A stretch of 64,000 nucleotides of DNA from Bacteroidia bacterium. Lineage in GTDB: Bacteria; Bacteroidota; Bacteroidia; Palsa-965. The stretch is taken from assembly GCA_023151315.1 (NCBI GenBank), contig JAKLJE010000011.1, positions 26,912-90,911 of the forward strand, given 5' to 3'. Every line of letters begins with the position of its first letter. The stretch's first letter is position 1. A program made the translations under genes and the position numbers. The notes below the pieces were generated by a model. It ran no database searches and was not told where the DNA came from. It worked only from the letters and a program-made list of their open reading frames with translations. Below, in pieces: positions 9,294-20,437 of the stretch.

Positions 9294-11036
9294 ATGAAAT
9301 TTCTTCAAACTGCGCTGTTCAGCCTTTTGGTCTGTTCGGTATCTGCACAACTTCCCACTGCATCGTGGGCACTAACACCAACCGGTAATGGACAATGTTA
9401 CTCGTATGACAATGCCATTGACCAGAACGGCGATACGTTCATTCTGGGAGCATATTCCACACAGAACTACACTGTGGATCTTGATCCTTCTTCAGGAACA
9501 TTCATTGTTTCAGGAATAGGATTTTTCGTAGAAAAATTCGATCCAAACGGCGTTATGCTTTGGGCAGTTCCCTTCCCGATGGTACAGAATTCAACGACAT
9601 CTTCAATTACACCCACTGATATAGCTTGTGACGTCGCAGGTAATGTTTATTGTACAGTCAATGTCCGTGATGCAGGAATTGATTTTTATTACAACCAAAC
9701 TACCGACACTGTTCAATTCACATACAACACGAACGAAGACATGACCTTGACAAAGCTTTCTCCGTCGGGTAATGTTGAATGGGCACATATGTTCGGTAAT
9801 TCAGCCAGTGAAGAATTCAATAGTCTGATTTGTTACGGAAGTTCCATTTACGTTGGGGGTATGTTCGGTTGTTATACGGATTTTGATCCTTCAGACAGTA
9901 CTGTTGCACAACCAACCATTGCGGCATGGTGCAGAGCAGGGTTCATTGCCAAATACAATGCCGATGGAGAATTTATCTGGCAAAAATCGCTGGAAGGACT
10001 GAACTTCGGAGATCCCGGTTATGCACGACCTCGGTCAATGAAGATAGATGCGAATCAAAATCTTGTATTCGCAGGAGAAATGGGTGGCACAGTGAATTTC
10101 AATCCCGGTTTCGGCATGGACACACTTGGAGTTTATCAAGGACAAGGATCGGATGGTTACTTCGCGAAGTATGACACAAACGCAACTTTCATCTTTGTAA
10201 AGCAGTTGCTATCTCCGGTTTACAATGTGTGGCCGACATTAACAACTGATGCGAACAGTAACATAATTGTAGCGGGAGCATTTCAGGGTACATTAGACAC
10301 AGATCCGGGTCCGGGAGTGAATCTGCTTACTGCGAGCAACGCACCGAGCGCATTCAATACAGATGTGTTCCTTGCGAAATACGATCAGAATGGAAACCAT
10401 ATATGGTCCGGGAAATATGGCAGCTTTAACTACGAAGACGTATATGAAATCACCTGCGATGCGAACGACAATATTCTAATTTCGGGTGCACTTTACGACA
10501 CGTGCGATCTGGATCTCGGAGCTGGAATTTATATTGCCCCATTGACAACAACGGCAACTATTTTTCCGGAACCGGCAATCATTAAGTACTCGCCAACCGG
10601 TAATTTGATTTACGCATTCTGCCTGAGCGGATCTGGATATAACAGTTACGGTGGCGTAGTTTATGATGGCAACGTTCTCTATTGTACCGGATCGTACAAT
10701 GGACCACTGGATACGGATCCCACAGCTGCCACGTTGATCCTGAATGATGACGGATACGTACATGTCAAGTACATTGACCCGACGGTAACGGGAATTGATT
10801 CATATGCGAATAACAAAAACTCACTTTCTATTTATCCGAACCCGGCAAATGATAAGGTAAATGTTAATGTAATCGCTACAACTGCATATAACATCTATTC
10901 TACGGACGGAAGTGTTGTACTTTCAGGAATAACAGCCGGCAGCATTAACATTGACTGTCTTTCCAGCGGATTGTATTTGCTGGAGTTGAGAGATGAAAAT
11001 GGAGTTATGAATGTAGCGAAGTTGGTGAAGGAGTAG
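9294..11036 (+). CDS. secreted beta-propeller-repeat protein with T9SS C-terminal sorting domain
   Basis: Signal peptide MKFLQTALFSLLVCSVSAQ from the ATG at 9294. Repeated ~50-aa units of the type G..IW....G..........D.....I..G.F.G..D.DPG (SBBP-like). C-terminal SIYPNPANDKVNVNV ... GLYLLELRDENGVMNVAKLVKE. Confidence 0.6.
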   Translation: MKFLQTALFSLLVCSVSAQLPTASWALTPTGNGQCYSYDNAIDQNGDTFILGAYSTQNYTVDLDPSSGTFIVSGIGFFVEKFDPNGVMLWAVPFPMVQNSTTSSITPTDIACDVAGNVYCTVNVRDAGIDFYYNQTTDTVQFTYNTNEDMTLTKLSPSGNVEWAHMFGNSASEEFNSLICYGSSIYVGGMFGCYTDFDPSDSTVAQPTIAAWCRAGFIAKYNADGEFIWQKSLEGLNFGDPGYARPRSMKIDANQNLVFAGEMGGTVNFNPGFGMDTLGVYQGQGSDGYFAKYDTNATFIFVKQLLSPVYNVWPTLTTDANSNIIVAGAFQGTLDTDPGPGVNLLTASNAPSAFNTDVFLAKYDQNGNHIWSGKYGSFNYEDVYEITCDANDNILISGALYDTCDLDLGAGIYIAPLTTTATIFPEPAIIKYSPTGNLIYAFCLSGSGYNSYGGVVYDGNVLYCTGSYNGPLDTDPTAATLILNDDGYVHVKYIDPTVTGIDSYANNKNSLSIYPNPANDKVNVNVIATTAYNIYSTDGSVVLSGITAGSINIDCLSSGLYLLELRDENGVMNVAKLVKE

Positions 11037-11074
11037 TATGCACCAACCATCACTTTAGAACAACGCAATTCTGA

Positions 11075-11692
11075 TTATTTGCCCGACTGTTTTCGCTTAA
11101 TCGTACAACCTGAAGAAACACTCGTTCCGATTGTCACTGCATTTCCTTTGGAAACGGCAGTCATAGCATCCAGGAGATAGTGTTGTTTAACCGCTTTGGG
11201 TTCTTTCGGGCTGTCGTCGATTGAACCGCGGTAAGCGAGTTTACCGTCGCGACCAAAAAGGAAGCATTCAGGAGTACGAGTAGCGCCGAATGCATCTGCC
11301 ACAACCGACATTGAATCGATAAGGTACGGAGCGAGATACTTCTGATTGTTACCATACTTGCGCATCTCTTCTTTGGAATCTTCGTTACCACGTTTGTCTT
11401 CATTGGAGTTGATAATCACAACACCGATCTGCATGCGTTGTGCATCACGCTGTATATCACGAATTCGGTCTTCCTGTGCAATTACATATGGACAAGTATT
11501 GCATGAAAAAATCACAAGAACGCCATTATTCTTTTTCGATTCATTAATGGAAACACGTGTATCGTTCATGGCGTTTACCATTTTATGATCGCCCATTGGA
11601 ATTTCTGCACCCAGATCAATCGGCAGAATTTCAAGAATGTTGAACGACATGGCAACAAGGGCCAGAACAGGAAGCATTAGTATCTTTTTCAT
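11075..11692 (-). CDS. thioredoxin-fold (redoxin/TlpA-like) protein
   Basis: Signal peptide. CxxC-type motif FSCNTCPYV. Downstream RTPECFLF, typical of the thioredoxin-like fold. Confidence 0.7.
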   Translation of the reverse strand: MKKILMLPVLALVAMSFNILEILPIDLGAEIPMGDHKMVNAMNDTRVSINESKKNNGVLVIFSCNTCPYVIAQEDRIRDIQRDAQRMQIGVVIINSNEDKRGNEDSKEEMRKYGNNQKYLAPYLIDSMSVVADAFGATRTPECFLFGRDGKLAYRGSIDDSPKEPKAVKQHYLLDAMTAVSKGNAVTIGTSVSSGCTIKRKQSGK

Positions 11693-11740
11693 TCTCCTAA
11701 GTTAGAAAAAACAGAATGAAAAATCGAAGCCCGGCCTGCA

Positions 11741-13057
11741 CTACAATCTTTCTTTATACAGAAATTTGGTTTGAATCGAGTCTTTCGGTCGGTAAATGTA
11801 AAATGTCTCTCCGTTCCGAATCCGAATGTGTTTCACCCAAGGATTTTCCAATTTGTGCTCGGACACAATCTTCCCGGTTTTGATATCAATCTTCTTCAAA
11901 GTATAGAATCCACCTTTCTCGAATCGTGCATAAATCTCTCCGGTCACTTCATCCTGATGAAGTTGTCTGTCCCACTCTTTCCAATTCTTCGGATGATGGT
12001 AATCAATGTGAGAGGCTCCGATTCGATTCATATTGAAATCATACAGGAACAATGAGTCGGCATAGTGATCAAAAACACAGATTGTGTCGTTGCGCACAAA
12101 CAACGGAGCGTACAGCGGCGTATAGTAAATTGAATTCGGGAATCCCGTCATAGTCGCTGCGATAATACGTTTGTCGATACCTGTGTACATTTCCATTTTT
12201 CTGGCATACAATCTGTCTTTCGGTTTGAGATAATCGAATTCCCAATTGTACTGTTTCAGAAGCGGCGTATCAACGATATATCGAATGCTGTGTACGGTTG
12301 TATCAGCCGGATCATAACTGAAATAAGAAAACGCAGGATAGCGATCCTGATAATTCGTAAACAGAATCTTTCTTCCGATTGTATCTACACAAGGTAACAT
12401 GCGATCACAGAAGTCTTTATACGGTAACGCAAGTAAAATAATTGTTGAAGGCGGAACAATCTTGACGCGGAAAGCAGAGTCGACACACATGACGTTGATA
12501 TTGCCTTGATAGTCGCGATACAACTCCTTAGCTTCTACCGGCACATCGAAGCTGCTGAGAATATGTTGCTGATCGTCGACCAAAACCACTTTCGATTGCT
12601 TCAGTGATTTCTCGAAAGTTAAAAGCACAAAGCGGTTCTGATCAGCGAACATAAAATCCTCTACAAAGAATTTCCAGTTTCCGAAAACGGTATCAGGTCC
12701 TGCAGTAATGGTTGTTCCTATGATTTCAATGAGTTCAGGAAATAGCTGAACATCAAGTCGCATTGTATCTCCGGTAAACCTATTCAGCATTTCACCGGAA
12801 ATTATGATTGATTTAGATCGGTAACCGAGTCCGCGAAACTCCAGCACAGAACCAGGTTTTCTGTCGAGCAGAATAGCATACCGCCCGTTGCTGTTGGTTT
12901 GTGCAATGCGGGCAGGCTCTTTGCAAGTTACGACGACACCTTCTGCAGGTTCTCCGGTTTCAGAGTTTGTTACATTGCCCATTATTAAAATGCGGGGTTC
13001 CTGCGCGAATATTAATCCCGGCAGAAAAAATATGAATGTAAGAATGAGGTTGCGCAT
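11741..13057 (-). CDS. hypothetical secreted protein with N-terminal carboxypeptidase-regulatory-like domain
   Basis: Signal peptide. GNVTNSETGEPAEGVVVTCKE ... TNSNGRYAILL resembles a CarboxypepD_reg beta-sandwich. The remaining ~330 aa have no recognisable motif. Confidence 0.5.
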   Translation of the reverse strand: MRNLILTFIFFLPGLIFAQEPRILIMGNVTNSETGEPAEGVVVTCKEPARIAQTNSNGRYAILLDRKPGSVLEFRGLGYRSKSIIISGEMLNRFTGDTMRLDVQLFPELIEIIGTTITAGPDTVFGNWKFFVEDFMFADQNRFVLLTFEKSLKQSKVVLVDDQQHILSSFDVPVEAKELYRDYQGNINVMCVDSAFRVKIVPPSTIILLALPYKDFCDRMLPCVDTIGRKILFTNYQDRYPAFSYFSYDPADTTVHSIRYIVDTPLLKQYNWEFDYLKPKDRLYARKMEMYTGIDKRIIAATMTGFPNSIYYTPLYAPLFVRNDTICVFDHYADSLFLYDFNMNRIGASHIDYHHPKNWKEWDRQLHQDEVTGEIYARFEKGGFYTLKKIDIKTGKIVSEHKLENPWVKHIRIRNGETFYIYRPKDSIQTKFLYKERL

Positions 13058-13133
13058 AAACAGTTTAAGAGAAGACGCGATGCGGGGAAAAATTCACAAA
13101 AGCGTGGTGAGTTTGGTTGGAGTTGCGCGAATA

Positions 13134-13157
13134 TTAGAACCGTTTAAACGGTTCTAA
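13134..13157. repeat. perfect 24-bp palindrome, copy 1
   Basis: TTAGAACCGTTTAAACGGTTCTAA is exactly self-complementary and is followed by GTTAA. It lies 77 bp upstream of the start of the 11741-13057 gene. Confidence 0.95.
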
Positions 13158-13274
13158 GTTAAAATGAAAAATCTGTTTCTTTCAAATTGCATACCAAAGA
13201 AGTCCAATTGGACCTGCTTCGAGGTAAGGCCATTTGTGAATATGAAGTGACGGACAAGTACCTCTGCAATTTGC

Positions 13275-13298
13275 TTAGAACCGTTTAAACGGTTCTAA
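13275..13298. repeat. perfect 24-bp palindrome, copy 2
   Basis: Identical TTAGAACCGTTTAAACGGTTCTAA followed by GTTAA, 141 bp to the right of copy 1 and ~125 bp upstream of the J-domain gene. Confidence 0.95.
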
Positions 13299-13421
13299 GT
13301 TAAGCCCGAAAAATTAAGCATCCTCTATTCCAAACACTTACACCCATTTGCTCCCGAATACGCAATTTCTTACTTCTCCATTCTACATCAACATTTCAAC
13401 TTATCATGCCTAAATTTGCTT

Positions 13422-13883
13422 ATGCTTTCACGCGATTGCTACAAAATTCTAAACGTGAATCCGGATGCGGACGATTCCGCCATTCGTACAGCTTATCGCA
13501 AACGATCAAAGCAATTGCACCCTGATGTGAACCCCGACCCGAAAGCTGCGACAGACTTTGTCGACCTCGCAGCCGCAGTTGCGGTGCTGACCGATCCCGT
13601 TCAACGACTTAAACATGATGATCTTTTCGGATACAACAAGAGTGTGCGGAATCAGGACTCCAATGCGAAACAGCAGTTCTCTGATTTTCAGAAACAAAAG
13701 GCGGCTTCAACTGTAAGCGAATGGTCTGCGGATTACGGGAAAGCAATGAAAATGCGGGATCAGCAACGACTGAAACATATCGAATCGCATCGCAGACGCA
13801 TGAAATGGGTAATGATTATTGCTATCGCCACACTTACCATTTCGATCCTTAGTTCGGTTTTGATATTCGTTTCCGCCCGCTGA
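13422..13883 (+). CDS. J-domain (DnaJ-like) membrane-anchored protein
   Basis: DCYKILNVNPDADDSAIRTAYRKRSKQLHPDVNPD carries the HPD motif. C-terminal TM helix WVMIIAIATLTISILSSVLIFV. An alternative TTG start exists at 13416. Confidence 0.8.
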   Translation: MLSRDCYKILNVNPDADDSAIRTAYRKRSKQLHPDVNPDPKAATDFVDLAAAVAVLTDPVQRLKHDDLFGYNKSVRNQDSNAKQQFSDFQKQKAASTVSEWSADYGKAMKMRDQQRLKHIESHRRRMKWVMIIAIATLTISILSSVLIFVSAR

Positions 13884-13982
13884 TTCATACTTTCAGGTTA
13901 CTTTTAAGGTTCAAACAGGCAAATTCAATCGATTTCGCACTTAAACGGAATTTCCGTAATACTTCAGAACAGTCTTTTTACC

Positions 13983-13990
13983 TAAATTTG
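13983..13990 (+). promoter_or_regulatory. candidate -7 promoter box (TAnnTTTG)
   Basis: TAAATTTG lies 55 nt upstream of the lpdA ATG. Motif match only. Confidence 0.3.
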
Positions 13991-14044
13991 TCGCCCGCAG
14001 CGCATTGAATTTCGCCTTGCGGTTAACTTAGAAAAACACAGCTT

Positions 14045-15433
14045 ATGTCATATGATATTGTAATTATCGGTAGCGGTCCCGGTGGATACGTTACGGCAAT
14101 TCGCGCTTCACAACTCGGTCTTAAAACCGCTGTGGTTGAAAAAGCAGAACTCGGTGGAATCTGCCTCAACTGGGGATGTATTCCAACTAAAGCTCTTTTG
14201 AAAAGTGCACAGGTATTTGAATATCTGAAACACGCCGGCGATTACGGCATTCAGGCTTCTGATGCGAAAGCCGATTTCGGTGCTGTTGTAAAACGCAGTC
14301 GCGATGTAGCCGGTGGAATGAGCAAAGGCGTTCAGTTCCTCATGAAGAAGAATAAAATCGATGTGATCACAGGAACCGGTAAAGTAAAACCCGGTAAGAA
14401 GGTTGAAGTAACTGCAGCAGACGGTTCTGTTCAGTTGATCGATGCGAAACATATCATTATTGCAACTGGTGCCCGTTCACGTGAACTTCCGAATCTGAAA
14501 CAGGATGGCAAAAAAGTGATCGGATATCGCGAGGCAATGACACTTCCTTCTCAGCCTAAATCAATGGTTGTTGTAGGTTCCGGAGCCATCGGTGTTGAGT
14601 TTGCTTACTTCTATGCAACAATGGGAACTAAAGTAACCATCGTTGAATTCATGCCGAACATTGTTCCGGTTGAAGATGAAGAAGTTTCAAAGCAACTTGA
14701 GCGTTCATTCAAGAAAATCGGAGTTGAAATCCTTACGAAAACAACTGTTGAAGGTGTTGACACTACCGGTAACGGATGCAAAGTGAAAGTAAAATCAGAG
14801 AAGGGCGAATCGGTAATTGAAGCTGATATCGTTCTTTCTGCAGTCGGCATCACACCGAATATCGAAAACATTGGTCTTGAAGAAGTGGGAATTGCTACTG
14901 ACAAAGGACGCATCCTCACAAACAAATATTACGAAACAAACATTCCGGGCTATTACGCAATCGGAGATGTTCTTCCTACCCAGGCGCTCGCTCACGTTGC
15001 GTCGGCTGAAGGAATTACTTGCGTAGAGAAAATTGCAGGTATGCATGTTGAGCCTATCGACTACAAGAATATTCCGGGATGTACATATTGCCAGCCTGAA
15101 ATCGCTTCTGTCGGTTACACAGAGAAAGCCGCTAAAGAAGCCGGCTTTGAAATCAAAGTGGGTAAATTTCCATTCTCTGCTTCAGGAAAAGCGAAAGCCG
15201 GTGGCGCTGCTGACGGATTCGTTAAACTGATCTTCGACGCGAAATACGGCGAACTTCTCGGAGCGCACATGATCGGTGCGAACGTAACTGAAATGATTGC
15301 TGAAATCGTTACAGCGCGTAAACTCGAAACAACAGGACACGAAATCATTAAAGCTGTTCACCCGCACCCTACAATGAGTGAAGCTGTAATGGAAGCCGCT
15401 GCCGCTGCGTACGGAGAAGTGATTCATCTGTAA
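14045..15433 (+). CDS. lpdA: dihydrolipoyl dehydrogenase
   Basis: FAD motif GSGPGGY, redox-active disulfide CLNWGCIPTK, NAD motif VVGSGAIGVE, and C-terminal HPHPTMSE interface motif. Confidence 0.92.
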   Translation: MSYDIVIIGSGPGGYVTAIRASQLGLKTAVVEKAELGGICLNWGCIPTKALLKSAQVFEYLKHAGDYGIQASDAKADFGAVVKRSRDVAGGMSKGVQFLMKKNKIDVITGTGKVKPGKKVEVTAADGSVQLIDAKHIIIATGARSRELPNLKQDGKKVIGYREAMTLPSQPKSMVVVGSGAIGVEFAYFYATMGTKVTIVEFMPNIVPVEDEEVSKQLERSFKKIGVEILTKTTVEGVDTTGNGCKVKVKSEKGESVIEADIVLSAVGITPNIENIGLEEVGIATDKGRILTNKYYETNIPGYYAIGDVLPTQALAHVASAEGITCVEKIAGMHVEPIDYKNIPGCTYCQPEIASVGYTEKAAKEAGFEIKVGKFPFSASGKAKAGGAADGFVKLIFDAKYGELLGAHMIGANVTEMIAEIVTARKLETTGHEIIKAVHPHPTMSEAVMEAAAAAYGEVIHL

Positions 15434-15450
15434 ACATTGTACAACTAAAT

Positions 15451-15480
15451 AAAAAAGGAGCCTCAACAGCTCCTTTTTTC
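15451..15480. terminator. bidirectional rho-independent terminator between convergent genes
   Basis: AAAAAA-GGAGC-CTCAACA-GCTCC-TTTTTT. The A-run and T-run on either side could serve lpdA (+) and the VWA gene (-). Confidence 0.7.
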
Positions 15481-15501
15481 GTTTCAGGTAAACGCACACC
15501 T

Positions 15502-16578
15502 TTAATGGGCGACAATCACTCGCTTCTCTTCAAACTGCCTGTCGGCTCCATCAATTACCCGAACTATATAAACTCCGTTAGCTTGATCTGTCAAATCCAG
15601 TTGTATTTTGTCTGTTCTTCCTTCATCCTTTTTCACGAGAACACCTGAAGTATTGTACACTTCCCAAACAAAGTGATCTTCACGTGTAAGCAATAGATTG
15701 ACGTTGCCATCTGAAGGAACAGGATAAACGGTTGAGATCAATATTTTCTTCTTGAAACCCGGCTCAACCAATGGCGATCCTTCAGGAATCGGCGATATTA
15801 TCACCGGATAATAATTCATCAGTACTCCCTTGGACTTTGCTTTAGCAACTACCTGATTCATTCCGTTTGTTGAATGCGGCGGCATCAGACTTGGAGCATC
15901 ACCCAAAACAACAATCATCTTCTGCGCATCTCTCCTCCACTCCAATGTATCCATGGTTATACAGGCTGCGTCATACATCGACTCCGGATAATCGCCGCCA
16001 TTGGTAAGCGCAATGCGATTAACGTACTTCTTAACGGAATCCATTTCAGTTGTAAAAGGCTCCACTGCATACCAACGATCTCCGTCAGAAAATTCATCTC
16101 CGTAAGTAGCAACCGCCACACGTATATCTTTCTTCTTTCTGATGTGATCAATTATACTGCTCACTCCCTTCTTCACATTCTCGATATCATCACTCATGCT
16201 TCCGGTGTTATCAATGAGAAAAACCAGATCACTCTTATTTACGAGATGCGAATCAATTATGGCAATAATCTGCTCTGTGACTTTATCCGTCTGTGTCAGA
16301 AAGTAGGACTCTCCCCCAGTCCGAGAAGCAAGTGAATAAAATTGCTTCACCAATAAATCCGGATACGTTACTGAATCTTTCATTGGCGGCAGACTCACAC
16401 GCATCCGCAACAGCGAATCAATTCCGGACAAATCAACCTGATACCGAGTTGGTACCAGTACCGTATCAATTCTGCTGGCAGTTTCTGCTCCAGGCTCCGC
16501 AAGAAACTTGGGTGTTTCAGGTCTGCATGCTGCAAGTGTCAAACCAACTGCAGCAGCAATCATCATCTTCATTTTCAT
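15502..16578 (-). CDS. von Willebrand factor A domain protein with T9SS C-terminal sorting domain
   Basis: Lipoprotein-like signal (LTLAAC). MIDAS-like LVFLIDNTGSMSDD ... VATYGD ... TNGGDYPES ... IVVLGDAP. C-terminal VYPVPSDGNVNLLL ... GVYIVRVIDG ... RVIVAH. Confidence 0.7.
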   Translation of the reverse strand: MKMKMMIAAAVGLTLAACRPETPKFLAEPGAETASRIDTVLVPTRYQVDLSGIDSLLRMRVSLPPMKDSVTYPDLLVKQFYSLASRTGGESYFLTQTDKVTEQIIAIIDSHLVNKSDLVFLIDNTGSMSDDIENVKKGVSSIIDHIRKKKDIRVAVATYGDEFSDGDRWYAVEPFTTEMDSVKKYVNRIALTNGGDYPESMYDAACITMDTLEWRRDAQKMIVVLGDAPSLMPPHSTNGMNQVVAKAKSKGVLMNYYPVIISPIPEGSPLVEPGFKKKILISTVYPVPSDGNVNLLLTREDHFVWEVYNTSGVLVKKDEGRTDKIQLDLTDQANGVYIVRVIDGADRQFEEKRVIVAH

Positions 16579-16694
16579 CGGCTTCGTTTTCGTTATAATG
16601 CCGGAAAATGAAAAAAGTCACACACAATAAACGTTAAGCTGCTCACGTTGCGAAAACAATTTCGCTACACCGAATAAAAACTCAGCTGATCGAA

Positions 16695-19600
16695 TCAATC
16701 CAGTTTCGTTAAGCGCACCGTTTCCTCCATTTCGCCAGAACGAACTTTCAGAAAGTAAACTCCTGATGCCAATCCGTTCAGATCAATTTGAAACTGAGTG
16801 GATGACCCGGAAACACTGTTCTGAGAAGAGGAAACAAGTCGTCCTCCTACATCATAAACATCAGCAGTAACTACCGACTCAGGAGCACCATTGACCGTAA
16901 CTGTTGCAAACCCTTCAGTTGGATTCGGATAAACAGTTAAACCGGTAAATGAAGAGTTGTTCTGCACAACTGTCGGATCTTCAATGCGCATTGCATCAAT
17001 TGCAATATCGCTGGTATAGTCAGGTCCTGTACGGCCTCTGAAGCGCATTAAAATTACCTGACCGGCATAAGCATTCAATGGAATTGTAGCCAACTGCCAA
17101 GCAGTTCCCTGATCACCGGAACGCACCCACACATCGTTAGTCCATGCACCATTCGAGTAAATATCCACATGCAATTCTCCCATATCTGCACCACTCATGT
17201 GATATGCAAATGAGAATGTGGTTGAGCTATACAAAGTCAGATCAATGCACGGCAACATTAAAGTTGAAGATTGTCCGAAACATGCAGATGCTTCAAGATA
17301 GATATAGTTACCGGTTGCATTACCCGGCAAATAATCTGTTGAAGGACCGGTATTCGCTGATGGTGTTGCACCTTGCGCAGTTCTCCAGTCAATATCATCT
17401 CCGGAACCATTGGTGATGTTTCTGAATCCATTGATCATTGTACAGTTTGTCGTGCCGCAATCAGATGCTGTGCTGCAGAGCGAAAAGCTTTCAAAATCCT
17501 CAACCCAGGCCGGTGTAATATAAACTGAACTGTTATGATTGATCAACGTCGTTGTGGTGTCGTTGAAGCTGCCTATATCATTCGGCAAATCGCTCCACAC
17601 TTTCAAAGTATGCGTGCCGGTTGAACCGATATTTACAGTTGCAGTGAACGTAAATGTAACCGTTGCTGAAGGTGCAATGCTTCCTGCATACATCTCTGTC
17701 ACAGGTGTACCGTTGTCATAGGAAAAAGCAACAGGCACATTGGAAATTGCAGCCATTCCCGGGTTCGTGATTGTGGCAACAACAGGAATGTTATTCAGAT
17801 TCATGCAACTGTAATATTCTGTTTCCGGTGCAGACACCGAAGTAACCGAAGCATCAACTCCGTTCGGACAAATAACTCCGGGAGTTTTTTCAATTGCAAT
17901 TGCACGGCGACCTACGGTCTGCTGAGGTCCTCTTGTGCGTACACTGAACCAATATGTATTCACGTAATTATTCAATCCGGTTACAACGAAACTATCTACA
18001 GCTGAACTGCCGATTGAATCCATATACACGGAACCGAGTTTGAAAACATCATAACCTGTTGCTCCCGGAACAGCAGTCCATTTCAAACAGAGTGAATCAG
18101 GACATGCCCACGCTACATTAATTCCGGATGGCAATGCCGCAATTGAAAAATTGGCATCACTCACATCATTCGTTGCACCACGCGTCACACGCACTTTGCA
18201 CAATCCGCTCATTCCCGCAGGAACTGTCCAATTGTAATAGCGCTGCGAAGCCGAAACACCGGTTGCGATCGAATTCCACGTCGTACCATTGGTAGTGTAT
18301 TCAAGATTGAACGTGCCAGAATTACCCCATGCATCCCAACGAATCACCTCTGTTTCAGAAGGAACGAATCCTTCCCCTCCATTCGGGTAGGTAAGCACCA
18401 ATTCTCCTGCCGGTTCAAAATACCAAACGAGGTAATAGGTTTGCGGCCCCATAGGAACAACTGCTCCGTTCACACTTACGGTATAAGTTCCTTGAGCCGG
18501 ATTATCAATTGTTACTTGTTCATGATTGTTGCGAATATCAATTCCACGGATTGCAACCGCATCCAGATTCGTTGCGTTTGCTGTATAATCCAGTATCCAT
18601 GGATTGAAAACCGTTGATGCCGGATTTGTTACTTGCATGTTGAGATTATTCACCAATGCGACAGAAGCATTTACTGCCGCCGGAACATCATGCCAATACA
18701 CCATCACTTTCAATTGCCCAGTGTTTGCAGGAACACTGATCGTATGCACGTTCGTTTGTCCATTGCCAACCGAATCCGACAAATACCAATTCTGCTCAAT
18801 TGGAATTATTGCTTTACGACCATTGATGCGACCATAACCGAATTTGAAATCAGGACCAGCATTACCTAAATCATCGCAAGTGTTCATGAGAATTGCCTTA
18901 AGCAATCCGGACTTCGCAGTAGTACCGTTGATTTCACGATATGCCTGATGAAGACACGCAAATGTTCCGGAAACTGCAGGACACGACATAGACGTTCCTG
19001 TTTTATAATCGTATGTATTAGCATCAATTGTAGAGTACACATTCGTACCAACCGCACAAACTTCAGGCTTCATTCTTCCATCATGGGCAGGTCCACGGCT
19101 CGAAGAGCCTGCAAGCGCATCCAGATGTGTCAGATTGCCGACAGCAATTGAATTCTTTGAATGTTTATGTCCACCGGTTACATTTCCCCAAGTTGCACCT
19201 GCACCGTAACTGCAATCTGCTGTCCCCTGATTGCCGGCAGAAAATACATGCATGAGATTCGGCATGTCAATAATCTGCTGATCCATTGTTTGTGCAAGTG
19301 TTGTATAACCCGCATTACATCCATCCGAATAACTTGTTGAGGTGATAAGAATGTTATTCGTGAAGTAATGTGTGTAAATACTATCGTAACCTTGATAAGG
19401 GGAAGCTTCATAGACATACAAATCTGCGCCCCAACCCATGCCGCGTGTGAGTGGATCTTTATTTCCTCCGCCCATAATAATTCCGGCACAATGATCTCCA
19501 TGATCTCCCGAATTGAAAGTAATGTACTGTGCCTGTAAACGTCCTGTGTAATCAATATGCGGTCCGATAACTCCGTCATCCTGCAACATCACGCTGATAC

Positions 19601-20306
19601 CGGCTCCATTGTACATTCTTCCTCCGGGGAAATCCTGTGCCAACCAATTTACACGATGATCTGTGCGTCCAACGTTATTATCCATCTGCGGTACATCATC
19701 TTTCAATTCTGCAGCACACACATACGGTTTATTTACAAACGACTCCACTTCCAACTCCGGAATCCAAATGGTCATTCGGTGACTGTTTGCATTGTGATAC
19801 GTCAGCTTGTATGGTAAAGTGTAAATTGAATCAAGCACAACGTGATGCGGCACATCCGCATAATACATGAACGTTACTCCAATATTGCGATCCGCGTCCA
19901 TTGTATAAAACGGAAACTCCGAAATTGCCAAAGCGGTGGACAATTCCTTATGCATTTTTGACAAAGCAGGAATGGGTGTTACGCTGCGAACTTGAAATCT
20001 CTTGTCCAAAGGAAACTTCACATCACTTCGGAATGAAGCAGTATAAGTTTTTCCGGAAATGAAATTTAATAGACGTACACCGGATTTCTCCAAACTCATA
20101 CGTGTCGTATAATCCGGAATCGAGTTAAAATGAAGGTAACGATAATAATTTCCGTTAACTATTTCATCATCGGAAGGAGAAGCATCCGTCCTGCTTTCCA
20201 CATATTGTATCCCGGAGGAAAACTCAACTGCAAATGCACGTCCGTATTGTGCATGTGCCGCAGCTAAAAAGAATAACCCGGCAAAGAGAAGTAGTGCTTT
20301 TTTCAT
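16695..20306 (-). CDS. S8 (subtilisin-like) serine peptidase with MAM-like domain and T9SS C-terminal sorting domain
   Basis: Triad contexts VMLQDDGV (Asp), GDHGDHCAG (His) and [11 protein letters not shown] (Ser). MAM-like block WVEDFESFS ... [24 protein letters not shown] ... [10 protein letters not shown]-terminal [16 protein letters not shown] ... [10 protein letters not shown]. Confidence 0.85.
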   Translation of the reverse strand: MKKALLLFAGLFFLAAAHAQYGRAFAVEFSSGIQYVESRTDASPSDDEIVNGNYYRYLHFNSIPDYTTRMSLEKSGVRLLNFISGKTYTASFRSDVKFPLDKRFQVRSVTPIPALSKMHKELSTALAISEFPFYTMDADRNIGVTFMYYADVPHHVVLDSIYTLPYKLTYHNANSHRMTIWIPELEVESFVNKPYVCAAELKDDVPQMDNNVGRTDHRVNWLAQDFPGGRMYNGAGISVMLQDDGVIGPHIDYTGRLQAQYITFNSGDHGDHCAGIIMGGGNKDPLTRGMGWGADLYVYEASPYQGYDSIYTHYFTNNILITSTSYSDGCNAGYTTLAQTMDQQIIDMPNLMHVFSAGNQGTADCSYGAGATWGNVTGGHKHSKNSIAVGNLTHLDALAGSSSRGPAHDGRMKPEVCAVGTNVYSTIDANTYDYKTGTSMSCPAVSGTFACLHQAYREINGTTAKSGLLKAILMNTCDDLGNAGPDFKFGYGRINGRKAIIPIEQNWYLSDSVGNGQTNVHTISVPANTGQLKVMVYWHDVPAAVNASVALVNNLNMQVTNPASTVFNPWILDYTANATNLDAVAIRGIDIRNNHEQVTIDNPAQGTYTVSVNGAVVPMGPQTYYLVWYFEPAGELVLTYPNGGEGFVPSETEVIRWDAWGNSGTFNLEYTTNGTTWNSIATGVSASQRYYNWTVPAGMSGLCKVRVTRGATNDVSDANFSIAALPSGINVAWACPDSLCLKWTAVPGATGYDVFKLGSVYMDSIGSSAVDSFVVTGLNNYVNTYWFSVRTRGPQQTVGRRAIAIEKTPGVICPNGVDASVTSVSAPETEYYSCMNLNNIPVVATITNPGMAAISNVPVAFSYDNGTPVTEMYAGSIAPSATVTFTFTATVNIGSTGTHTLKVWSDLPNDIGSFNDTTTTLINHNSSVYITPAWVEDFESFSLCSTASDCGTTNCTMINGFRNITNGSGDDIDWRTAQGATPSANTGPSTDYLPGNATGNYIYLEASACFGQSSTLMLPCIDLTLYSSTTFSFAYHMSGADMGELHVDIYSNGAWTNDVWVRSGDQGTAWQLATIPLNAYAGQVILMRFRGRTGPDYTSDIAIDAMRIEDPTVVQNNSSFTGLTVYPNPTEGFATVTVNGAPESVVTADVYDVGGRLVSSSQNSVSGSSTQFQIDLNGLASGVYFLKVRSGEMEETVRLTKLD

Positions 20307-20437
20307 CGGTGAAAAGATACATAATCAGAACGAGCGGAATGTCAGAGAAAATCATATCGCTGCGCTTTTGCAATACGACAGTGTAAATTCGCCCAATACA
20401 CCTGAAATATCCACTCTCCCATTCTTACGCAAATCCG

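Noticed and set aside
12888-13157. 89-aa plus-strand ORF ending in the first palindrome
   Set aside because: Most of it is antisense to the N-terminus of the 11741-13057 gene. It has no motif and an implausible composition.
13411-13418. TAAATTTG promoter-like box upstream of the J-domain gene
   Set aside because: It overlaps the possible TTG start (13416) and ends 3 nt before the ATG at 13422. Transcription would then start inside the J-domain coding sequence, so it is probably a chance match unless the mRNA is leaderless from an unusual position.
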